This document shows, in pieces, positions 23,101 through 34,500 of a stretch of DNA of 64,000 nt (its first letter is position 1; each line of letters starts with the position of its first letter). The DNA lies in the NCBI GenBank assembly GCA_950097015.1, contig CATNEN010000038.1:8122001-8186000 (forward strand), given 5' to 3'. The position numbers were made by a program, and so were the translations under genes. Under the pieces are notes generated by a model that was not told where the DNA came from, did no database searches, and saw only the letters and a list, made by a program, of their open reading frames with translations. Source of the DNA: Macrostomum hystrix. Taxonomy: Eukaryota > Animalia > Platyhelminthes.

Positions 23101-26100
23101 TGCCTTGGCACCCATGGAACTAGCAGTCCAATTTTTTGTCGCCTGCCTGTACGATGTTAGGTGCTGCAGCAGCCCATCATCAATCACTTGTTGATAGCGT
23201 CGGGTGACCATCATAAAGTTGCCGACTTTTTCCAGCGCAGAGACGCTCTGCTTGAGCATCGAGTATGAAAGGTTATCCAAATACGCGCTGATTCGGTCGC
23301 GCTGGTCTTCGATGACCAGTGAGTTAAATGAGTTGATGTCAAGTGAGCGCATCAGCCGCTTCAGGTAGCACCGAATTTCGCGTACCGTTGCCGGCTTCTT
23401 GCGCCCACCGAGAGAGCTGGCCAAGAACGCACAGAGTGCCTCAACGTCGTCTGTCGACGGGTGCCACGGCTGGTCTAGCCGGCACTCTGCTTCTGGCCTC
23501 AGCCAGCTTCTGCTCCTTTGCAGCTCTTGCTGCGTCTGGGTGGCTGTTGCGTGTGTGGCTCGCCAGCAAATTTCTGTCGTTGCGCCACTCGCCGCAGATG
23601 ACGCACTGTACCGCCTTCTCTGCCATTGGGCCGGCAGTCGGCTGATGCGTGTTGAGCTTCACAGAAGCACGCAGAATCTGGAGGGCTCTTTTGTGTAGAA
23701 AAAATGCAGGAACCCCATCCGGGACTCTTTGATTGGCATGCAGTCACAGAATAGGCAAATGTACTCCTGCCCGGCACGCGACTTGGGCTGCTGAGCTGCG
23801 GCGAGCGGCTGCTGAGCTGGTAGAGTACAGGTAGACTGCCCTGTATGGTAGAGACAGGGCAGTATGGTAGAGACAGGGCAGTATGGTAGAGACAAGGCAG
23901 TATGTTAGAGACAGGGCAGTATGGTAGAGACAGGGCAGTATGGTAGAGACAGGGCAGTATGTTAGAGACAGGGCAGTATGGTAGAGACAGGGCAGTATGT
24001 TAGAGACAGGGCAGTATGGTAGAGACAGGGCAGTATGGTAGAGACAGGGCAGTATGGTAGAGACAGGGCAGTATGGTAGAGACAGGGCAGTATGTTAGAG
24101 ACAGGGCAGTATGGTAGAGACAGGGCAGTATGGTAGAGACAGGGCAGTATGGTAGAGACAGGGCAGTTATTAGTAAAAATATGCTCTTCACTTTCACTTA
24201 CCATTAACTGGAATCGATCAGACGCGTCGAGCTCTTTCTCAAACGACTTTTGCCACTTAGCGACGTCATAGCATTTGCCTTTGCGGCTTATCAGCTGTTT
24301 TATGAACTCCAATTGTTTGGAAATTTGAATTAATTTATTGAAAAAAAAAGAAATTAATTGAGAATAAGAAATCTGGCTTTTGAAAGGCCAGCTGAAGTCC
24401 CATTTTATATGAGGTGGCAGTTTGACATCAACAATGTCAACATCTGCGCCGCCATTAACACCGCAGCGGAAAGCACGCTGCCACTCGTGCGACTCCCGCA
24501 GCGCTCGCAACCAGTGTGGATGAGCGACCCAGCAATCAGAGAGGCCAAAGAGCGATTGCAACGACTAAGGAGGAGCAGGCGCGCTACAGACGAGGCAGAA
24601 AATGCTCTTGCCACTGTCTACAAAGAGCAGCAGCTGGCTGCGGTGGGCGAGGCCATCCGTGCTGTCACATCCGCCGCCCTGGACAGGAAGAGCGGCACAG
24701 TCTGGAATGCCCAAGTAGCCGGGCACAAACAAGATCGAAGAACACCGAGGCATCTCCTTAATGTCCTGCGCCGCCAAGCTGTATAACAAGTTGCTACTGA
24801 TGCGCTTGCAGCCTGTGCTGGACCCGTAACTGCGGCATGAGCAGAATGGGTTCCGGCCACGACGCGGCACTGCCACACAAATTCTGGCGCTCCGGAGAAT
24901 CATCGAGGAATCGCGTATTCGCCAGTTGGACCTTTTCTGTCTGTTTGTTGACTTCCTGAAAGCTTTCGACTCAGTGGCTCGAGGCGCGATATCACTGGTT
25001 CTCCGAGCCTACAATATACCAGAAAAGCTGATCGCAGCAGTGATGGCGCTCTATTAAGACACGCTCGCCGCTGTGGTCACACCTGACGGCCTGTCTGACC
25101 CATTCACAACATCATCTGGAGTCCTGCAGGGAGACAACCTCGCTCCTTTCCTGTTCATCCTCATCCTGGACTGGGTGCTGCGGATAGGTCTACCGGACAA
25201 CTCAGACGGCTACATCCTATGCAGGCGAACAAGCAGCCGGCACCCAGAGAAGCGACTGGCAGTCCTAGGCTACGCCGACGACATGGCCCTGTTAGCCTCC
25301 ACCGCTGAAGGTGCCCAACGCCTGCGTGACGGCCTCGCTGCTGCCGCTGCAAGGGTTGGCCTCAAAACCAACGCCAAGAAGACGGAGGTCCTCACTGTGC
25401 CTGCTGACCTGCCAGCTGACACCCGTCTTCCCAGCATGGACAGCTCGACGGCAACATCCCTACCCAGGTGTGAGCAGTTCCGGTATCTTGGCGGTCTTGT
25501 GCCCAGTGTCCAAGAGGATTTGCGACGTCGCAGAGGGCTCGCCTGGGCGGCTTTCCGCTCGGCAGACTGTGCGGCCAGACGTGTTTTTTGACAATGCCCC
25601 CCTTTTCAGGCCACTTGTGGTCGGTGAACATTGTACTTATTGTATTGTATTGTATTGACATCAACAAGTAATGTTCACTCTAATTTTCATTGGCTCGGAA
25701 TGGGGTGGTTAAAATATTTCACGTTCATGGAACGTGTCAAATCCATTATGCTTTTAGACTCAAAGGGGTGGACTGTCTCATTTCAGTAGTGACTCATTTT
25801 GGCACCAATTTACTTTGATTCAAAATGAAACATGCGCATCAACGAGTATGAAACATAGATTAGGTACAATGTGCCTCACTCACATTCACAGCCTCATTCA
25901 CTGCGTCATTTGCATTCGCAGCCTCATTCACTGCCTCATTCACAGCCAGTTAGTTCTGCATTTTCAATTCATTGAGTAGCCCTGTGAGATCCACTGCTGT
26001 CAATATACAGTGAACAGTGAATAACAAAGATATGACACACAATGGGAGGGATATACTGTTATTAAAAATGACACAGACATGCTGCAAATCTTAAGCGCTG

Positions 26101-28303
26101 TGAAATCATTCACAGCTTAATATTCGGCCTCATTCACACCCACAGCCTCATTCACAGCTTGATTCACATTCACAGCTTCATTTACAACCTTATTCACACT
26201 CACAGCTTCATTCACAGCCTCACTCACATTCACAATCTCACTCACATTTACATTCATGGCCTCATTCGCAGCCTTACATGTATATACAGCTTTTTCACAT
26301 CTTTACCCACACTTTTAGTGTGTTAATATTTAGATTTTAAGATACTATTGATTTTAAAATTGTTGTTAGTATTGTATATTTTAAAAGATAGGTACCAAGA
26401 CTATTGGTAGTAGTTTTTAGATTTTCTTCTTCTTTTTGCGGTTAGAACTTAAATTCTGTCTTTGTTTTTGCATTGCTTAAATATACACAATTTTTTACTT
26501 CAGTTTTTGCACAAGCTTGGATCTTGGTTATTACGTCATTTCTCTTTTTGGCGTCACACCAACCCCCCTCCAACCCCAAGCGCTGATTGGTTGAAGATCC
26601 GTTCTGCCTTTACTCGTATCTCTCACTCAGCCACTAGCCCACCCCCTCCAACCCCAAGCGCTGATTGGCTAGAGTATCTATAGCTTGTTAAAGAAAAGCT
26701 TTCTATCCTCCAGAACCTGATCGTAGAGCCCGAGCGTTGACACGGAGATGCCCACAGCCGGGCCGTTGACCAGTGCGATCAGCGGCTTTGGAAAGTCGAT
26801 GAATGCGGCAACGAACCGTCGCAGCAGGGCGTTGCCATTGGCTGACATTTGCTCGATGGTGACGCCCGGCTTCAGATTGGTGAAGCTGGACAGATCGTTT
26901 CCTGAGCTAAAATACTCGCCGGCTCCCGTAACCACCATGGCTTTGATCTTGTCATCTGCCGCCGCCTGCTCCATGGCGCGGGCCCATTCCTCGTACAGGT
27001 CAGTAGAGATGGCGTTCCGCTTGGCCGGCTTGTTCAGCGTGAACCAGAGCACCCCGCTGTCTGATATCGACACCAGGGCCTCCTGCAACATTTATATGCG
27101 CAGTATGTATATAAGAGGTACAGCGAGTACCTTCACTTATTATTTAAAAATTCACTTCAGTTCAAACATGGCTTGACATCAATAGCCTCATCTAATTTAA
27201 CAAATAGCGTGTTTGCGTGCCTACTGTGAGTAGAATAACAATTATCCTGAAAGCTACAAAGTGACTATTTTTAAACCAGTCTTCCCCATTGATTAATGGA
27301 ATATTAATTTTTTTGCAAAGAATAAGAAAATATTATAATATTTCAATGTAATCTACATTATGTAAAAGAAGCAAAAATCGATAAAAAATTCTCATCATCA
27401 ATTTAAACGATATGTTTTTATTTACTTTAACTTGTTTTGCTACTTAGATACTCAATTAATTCAACTTGTCACCTTTAGGTAAAAATCGTCACTTTTCTAA
27501 TAAAAATCTTCATTCTTCAGGCATTTCAATATTTTTTAATTAACTACTAACTAATTTATAGTACAACTAATGCAGAAATCAAACGGTTGTTTGAAAGACA
27601 ATAAAAAGCTAAAATTTGTAAAGCCGAAACAAGACATGGCCAGATACACAGCCAGTCACACAATCGCGTGTCTATAAGCTGTGAACGAGCTTGTACAGCT
27701 GTCCGTGGACGAGGAGGGTCCCAAATATTCCCCCGTTGATACTCATTCAACTGATTTAATTAGTCTTATTAAGACAAGAGCTCAAGCAATTAATTTGGGG
27801 ATTGTTTAATACACGAGATGACAACCTTGAGAATGCCAATCAGCATCAAATCGGCTACTTTGTCATGAACCGTCCAGCTGTAGCTAATGTACCTTATAAT
27901 CGCCAGCTGTGGAGCTGCTGGCAGCGGTAGCTGCGGGCGCCTCGTCGGCGTTCAGCTTGCCACCGAGTGATACAACCAGGTCGACATACTGCTGCATCGC
28001 CTGCTCCTTGCTCAGTCCACCCAGACCATTCCAGGCGTCCCATTTGGCACGGCCGACAAAGTCGGTGAAGCCGGGCTTCGGCTTGCTGCAGGCGCCCTCT
28101 GTGGCCTGCTTGTACAGTCCGTAGATCTTCAGCTTAGTCGCATTGCCCGGATCATCTGTTAGGCGCTGCAGAGCAGCCTGGGCCAGGCTAAACTTCTCAG
28201 GTAGTGAGCCGGTGGACACGCAGCGAATGCTGTTGGTTTGCACAATGGTGGCCAATCTAAGCAGGGTGCGACTGGTCACTGAGCCCAGACGGTGAAATGC
28301 CAT
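20111..28303 (-). CDS. ECI2: Enoyl-CoA delta isomerase 2 (ACBP + crotonase domains); exons 28303-27893, 27082-26717, 20610-20359, 20266-20111
   Basis: ACBP motif [22 protein letters not shown]; crotonase motifs [40 protein letters not shown]; all introns phase 0; protein ends RKSKL*. Confidence 0.95.
20740..20959. repeat. 72-bp minisatellite (3 units), resumed at 26561-26670
   Basis: Unit aaccccaagcgctgattggctgaagatccgttctgcctctatctctcactcag..actagccc lies at both ends of ECI2 intron 2. Confidence 0.9.
21478..21900. repeat. 28-bp minisatellite (atcaccctgctagaactgtcttcctata), ~13 units
   Basis: Directly visible tandem array. Confidence 0.95.
22117..22467. repeat. 48-bp GC-rich minisatellite, ~7 units
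   Basis: Unit gatcagcgccagcgacgccagaggagcccgcagccgactccgcgggca; abuts the 3' end of the YR reading frame. Confidence 0.95.
22453..23816 (-). pseudogene. C2H2 zinc finger + tyrosine recombinase gene (spliced, frameshifted)
   Basis: ZF-like CLFC..HFFLH (needs +1 T in a T-run) and CVIC..HTRNSH; [11 protein letters not shown] core-binding-like segment; 72-nt phase-2 GT-AG intron 22981-22910; YR motifs NANRQG (R), KEHKS (K), TVSKFRE (HxxR position), MADHQNHT (H). The catalytic Tyr is not seen. Confidence 0.75.
23845..24167. repeat. 19-bp minisatellite (tagagacagggcagtatgg), ~17 units
   Basis: Directly visible tandem array. Confidence 0.95.
24390..25561 (+). mobile_element. Degenerate RTE-clade non-LTR retrotransposon RT fragment
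   Basis: RT motifs [37 protein letters not shown]; stops, deletions and truncation at both ends. Confidence 0.9.
25875..26280. repeat. Degenerate low-complexity (cattcacagcct-like) repeat
   Basis: Recurrent ctcattcaca / cattcacag motifs. Confidence 0.6.
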
Positions 28304-30399
28304 TCTTTAATAGGAGAAATTAAAAAAAGCTGGAAATCATTGAATCACTAAATTACTAAAAATATACCAAGGCATTTACCCATGCAAATTTATACATAGT
28401 TACTCAAGTAGTCTACCTAATAGCTGCAAATTTTTTCCATAGTAACTAAAAGTTCATGACAAAAAAAGTTTGGATTATATTTGTTCTTATATCCATTTGA
28501 GGCAACTACTTTTTTATGTTAGCTAGCTAAAGCTAGATTATATTTATTCTATACAGATATTTTCCTATTTTTTTGTTTGGCAGTAACAAGGTACAAGCGG
28601 GTTTTTTAAACACCAAAAATCTGTAGCTAGCTATATAAAAATATACCAATGACTATATAGTAAAACCATAATCATGTATAGTTAGCCATATATAATTACA
28701 TATAGCCATATATATCTAGACAATAGTTAACCATATGCTAGGCCCAAACATTAGAGGTTAGATAGGATCCCAATACCAACATCTAAAGATCTAAAGGAAA
28801 ATTAAATTACTGAGGGATTAGGATCACAGATCCTGAACATTTTGTCACACTTATGTGTTATCCCCTTACCACTTTAAAAGTAGGACTATTAATCAAAATA
28901 ATAAGTATTTTGATTAAAATATTGTAGAACTAGAGCATAGAGATTACTAATATATATATATTGTTTTAACCTTTGCTTGTTGTGTGTTCTGTCATTACTT
29001 TTTGTTGTAGTAGTGTTAAATATTATTTGTATTTGTACTCGTAGTATTCGTATTTTGTATTCTCAACAAAAATCATGGCAAGTTTAAAAAAGTGTCATTG
29101 TATTTGTATTTATAGTAGGCCTATACATACAAATACAAACATAACTAATAATGTTTGTAACTAACATAAGATATAACATATGAGGCAGTGAATAATTAGT
29201 TATTTTTGTAATAATACTTATTTTGTATTTCGTATTGGTGCGAATGCATGCAGTATACCAAACTAATGCATATTATAATGCATTATATGTTGCATTGTAT
29301 TATCTGTTAGGGTTTCACTCAGATCACACTATGCATATTGAATATCATAATGTACAATGTAGAATAATGTGCAGTTGATGATAAGTATAATAAATGCTAA
29401 ATCATGGCGGCAAACTCTTAGTGGCTATGCTGTATAGTGTGCCTCCTAAGCTGAGAGCTTGGGCTAAATGGAGTTGTGAGTGAAAGGCTAAAATTCTAGA
29501 GTTGGGTTCCACCTACATTCTTTTTACATTTTTCTTATTTGAATTCCTGCCACTTTTCTTCCCCACGCACTAGTTACTTTTTGTAATATTCACGCAATAC
29601 TATTTGTTTGTTATTTGCAATCAAGCATGACACGCACCCACCCCAATTTTGGTGTATAAATACAGAGAAAATTAAACTGTAGAAAGACTACTGGTACAAC
29701 CCTACAACCTGGAAGCAATTCCACTTTCTACTAACTTTCGCTGTTCTGCTCCAGAATTGTTTGCTACCAAATAAACTGAGTTCCTTAGTCATTTTCTAAT
29801 AGGAATAAACTGATAAATCCTTTAATCTTCCCAATCCTCTCCCAAGGACCACTCATCAGCCTTCTTCACCCAAATCCACCCTATTATATGACCCCTTTGA
29901 AACCCTAATATACCTACCTGAATCCCGCCTAAAGTCCACCTGAAGTCTACCCGAAGTCCACCTGTGGCTCCTTAAATATGCCCCTGAAGTCCCCCTGAAG
30001 TCCCAAAAAACTCTGCTGTAAATCCCCTAGCAAAACTGTACTAATCCCAGAACCCATAGAGGAAAAAAAGTGAGAGTGTGAATGACTTTCACCAGGCAAC
30101 TTTGATCCATCCTGATAAGCCCCACGGACTGTGTGCCCCAGATCAGTGACCTTAGCCCTTGTGCCAGCAGCAGTAAATTGCTCTCCCATTGTTAGTGTAA
30201 GGCGTGCATACTGTTTACTTCGCCTCCCTATGTGTCTGATCGCTCCAGCCAATCAGAGCCTTGCGCACGTGCTCAGCTATCAACTCTCACCTGCAGTACC
30301 CCCACCCCAAAATATCGATCCATCAAATATATAGTGTCACCCGCTGGGCAGGGCTCAGTTGAGCTTTACTTTCGGCTACTAACTAAAGCCTCTACAGTG

Positions 30400-31190
30400 G
30401 CATCGCAAGCAGTCATGTCTGTGCCCCTACACCTGCAGCCCAGAAACAGCAAATGCATCCGCTGCGGCGAGCCGGGCCACAGAACTTGCGAGGCGGCCCG
30501 CGGAAAGCTTGCCGGAGCTGCAACAAAGTTGGGCACCTAGCGAAGGCCTGTCTGTCGAAACCGTCCAGCTCGAGGAGGGTGCACACCATCACCGAGGAGC
30601 AGCAGCCCGTACAGCAGGGACCTGATGACAGTGACAGTAGCAGCGAGGTCTTCTGCCTCTCCCCTCTGAGAAAAAAACTGCCGCTCGTGAAAGCCGACAT
30701 CAACAGCCAAGCAGGTCTCAATGCCACAGACCTGCTTATTGACAGCGGCGCGAGCTGCAACCTGATGGACATCAGGACCTTCAAGGCCATCGAGGGCACA
30801 GCGGCCCAGCTTGGTGAGTCCCAAAAAATATTCCCGTTCGGCTCCAGCAAGCCGCTGACGACATTGGGCAAGGCCACCTTGCAAATGACTGTCTACGACG
30901 ATAGCGCCCGCATCAGCTACATCATTGTCAAGGAAAGCGGTACAACGATAATCGGCTGCCAGACCAGCGTGGAACTCGGCATTCTGCGCATCAGGCCAAG
31001 CCAACCGACGGTCTGCCAGCTGGCGGAAGCCAACAAGCTGCTAAAGTCTCTCAATACAGCCCTGGAGGCAGCAGCAGCCGAGGCAAACGATCGGACACTA
31101 CCAGAGCAGGAGTGCCTAGCTAATATCCTCCGGGCACATCGCCAACGATTTGAGGGCATCAGCTGTGCCAACAAGATCGACAAGAAGCTT
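30400..31190 (+). mobile_element. Gypsy/Ty3-like gag-protease fragment
   Basis: CCHC knuckle CRSCNKVGHLAKAC plus a preceding broken knuckle CIRCGEPGH; aspartic protease LLIDSGASCN ... IIG; truncated before RT. Confidence 0.85.
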
Positions 31191-31572
31191 CTTCGAAGCT
31201 TCTTCGAAGCTGCTAACTGTCAGTTCTTAGAACTCTTGACATTTAAAAAATTTTTTATTGTTTCTAACAACTGTTTTTGCTATCCCAAAAACAAGCATTT
31301 TAATTTTTTTAAGCTCTGTTTTAACATTAAATAATATTTTTTCTTTTTTTACAGAAAATGTTAAAAGCTTTTTGTCCTAAATTTTCGGACGACTCTCACT
31401 TATGATTTAACCGTTTTGTGACTTTGTCGTTTCGGAAATTTTTACGACAAAAAATTAGGTCTCCGTCAGCAGGACTCAGGTTTCTATTCAGGTTTTGTAA
31501 TCACCAGACTTTTTCGGTTGTGTCTAGTGTACAAGTCAGAAAGTTTGTTTATTGAATTTTAATTTTAATACA

Positions 31573-34500
31573 ATGTCATTCTTCATTATAGCGTTCTTTG
31601 TTTTGGTTGTAGCTTGCATTGCTTTATATTTGTATTCAAGAAAAAGTGGACCCAAGGTCGAAGGCAGCAATGATCCTGGATTCGTGCATTTCCGGAATCT
31701 TTATTTATCTGTTTATCTGCTTGGAATGGGTAAGATAAGTCGTTTCTGTAACATTTTAAAGTCACTAGTTATTCATTTTTAATTTTTATGTTTTTGTAGC
31801 TAACATCAGCTTGCTTCCTATAAATATATATGATTCATAGGCCTATATTATGCATATATTGGCTTTTATGCTTCTTTAAGGCAGAGCTTATTCCCACGGT
31901 CCCGTGCCGATAATTTCAATTTTATCCACACGGATCCGTGTGGATAAAATTGCAATTAACGGCACTGCATATATAAAGAGTTGTAGACCTATTCATACAA
32001 GCTGCCGTGTGGATAAGCAGAAAATTATCGGCACGGATCCGTGTGGATAAAATTGAAATTATCGGCACGGGACCGTGGGAATAAGCACTTCCCTTCTTTA
32101 AATCTTACCTAAAAGCACTTTCAATTTGGAAGTATGAAAATTAATATGGCTATGGCACTTGATAAATTAATTAAATTACCAATTTGTTTGATATTTTTTT
32201 TGTAGGTAGGATGGCCTAGCCTAGTCTCTACTAGGCATCTCATTTTTTATATACCTATGGCTATTGGCTAGAGCTAGGCAAACTAATATATATTTTAAGA
32301 AATATTTTGTCTTATATATTTCAATACTTTCAAGCATATTTTTTATATTTATAATTGATTAACTATTATCATTTAGTTACATGTTAGGGTATTTGAATCT
32401 TGATAAAAATCTGGCAATAGTGCACTTTCGTTTGCGAAATTATTTTTCGTTTAAATTTAAAACTTTGACACCAGAAAACAATAACAACGACAAAAATTGA
32501 TGCTTTGAACAATTCTAACAATTGTGCCAGAGCACAGTGTCTCTTTTTAGCTCTTTGGTTGCCAAACTTGCCAACTCGTCATTGTGTTCTAGTGGCGGAC
32601 ACAGGTTCAAGTAGCATTCGAGCGTGGCACAAAAAAGGCATGTCACAGATTTAATGAAAAGATAATAATAGAGCGTCCCACATGCACGCTTAAGGATTTT
32701 GACCATAGACTAAGACTAAAGCATATATTAGCATATATTCTAATTTCGAACTTTCAAATTTAAACTGAAAAATAATTTTGCAAATGAAAGTGCACTATTG
32801 CCAAAAATCTTTCTATATAAAAATAGCTAGAAAGCTTTAATGAAATAGTTCAGACTCAGTGACTATATTCATCACAAAGACATGTACCAGAAGGCTACAT
32901 GTATGAGTTGCTTAAACATTAAACAGGTGTTGTATTCCCAAATCCCTAGGAATGTACTTTAGCTTAGTCGGACCTCATATAGTTAAATACTATTAGGTCT
33001 ACACTGGCCCATGCTGGCCTTTGTTTTAATACAAGTATTTCTAATGGTCTTAAGTTAGGGGCCTCAGCCCTCAGGTAGGCACATGCATAGGTGACACTGG
33101 TCTTGACCATAGGGTAATGTATCATCAACCAAAGTGTATCTTCAAAACCAAACAATAATTTTGACTTCTTCCTTGGTCTCGTGCAAGACAGAAACAAGCT
33201 ATTGTGTTTCACAGAACAACTAATTTCAAAGTTGAAGAAATTATCTACAAGCTGAGGCATGATGTGCAATGAAGCATTAGGAGGAAAGAAAGATATTGAT
33301 GTTTCAATAGAATTTTTTATTGCAAAAGCATACTTTTTAACAACATTTTCTCAGTATGTACTTTAGATGAAGATTGTATGTGGTTGCTTGTCAATTAGAT
33401 GACCATAAATATAGTTATTTATAGAGCATGAAAAATGCTTTCAAATTACATAATTCATGATAGTTCACTCTTTAAAATAAGATTAAACCACTCACTCAAA
33501 TTGTAAAACCAAACATCAAATTCTCTGTTTGGTTTGAAGATACAAGAAAATCATTGTTCGGTTTTATATAAAAAGCAGGAATAACTTTTTTCTATTTGAT
33601 AAAATAGCAAAGGCATATACTTTTTAGAAAGATGTAACTGTTTTCTATAACTTGGCTTTTGATTTATCATCATATCTTAAATAGAAAATCTGTAGCTTAG
33701 GTTTGAAGTTAAAAAAATACACATTCTTGTTTGATTGATGATACATTACCCTACCCAGACATACAAGCTGGATAGCTAGTGTAGCTTGTGATACAATAGG
33801 GATACAGTACAGAGTGCCCTTTGCTAATACCTAGCCTAACTTTCTTACTTGTTGGCACCAGGACATATAGATAGTTCCCACTATCACACCCAAAATAAAT
33901 GAGTGAAGGAAATGACCTACTTTAATTGAGACTAAGTCTTGGTTTTGCCTTGTATGTCTAGCTGGGAATATATTTTAATCAAGTGTGGATAGGTTGCATA
34001 GATATTCATTGCAAAAAATGACTTTGTGGCATATTTGTTTTTCTCTGTTTGCTTTTTTTGCTATGTTTTTAGCAATGTTTTTAAGTAAGAAAATGTTAGA
34101 AATATGAAACATCTTAATCCTTATTGATGACATGTATTCTTAAAACATTAGTAACAATCTTATTGCCATGACCTATTGACACAATCCTATTGACACTAAC
34201 ATGTGAACATGCTATATTAGCTATCTTTATGCATACCAACCAATGGCCATATAGTTTTATATAAACCAAATGCAGGTGTTAATATCCTAGTATCATATGA
34301 GTTACATTTTAAACAAAATTCCAAATTTAGCTATTATATTTTTGTTAGGCTTTTTACAAATATTTAAAATTTAGCTATATACAAGTGCTATAAAAATTCT
34401 GCATTAATTTGTTAAGGCTTCAAAGTGTTGGTCGATTGATATTTGCATATTTTCCTGCCAAGTAAATAAAAAACCTAAGCACTTTATTTGCTTATAATAT

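Larger units (their letters stand above)
20960..26560 (-). mobile_element. Putative Crypton-like tyrosine-recombinase DNA transposon (~5.6 kb including nested RTE) in ECI2 intron 2
   Basis: Interrupts the 72-bp array; imperfect inverted ends gtgatgacacaaaacaaagaaatgacg (20971-20997) and cgtcatttctctttttggcgtcacac (26534-26559); contains a YR gene. Confidence 0.6.

Noticed and set aside
22453-25561. DIRS-type retroelement (YR plus RT together)
   Set aside because: The RT is RTE-clade non-LTR type, on the opposite strand and truncated, so it is better explained as a nested insertion.
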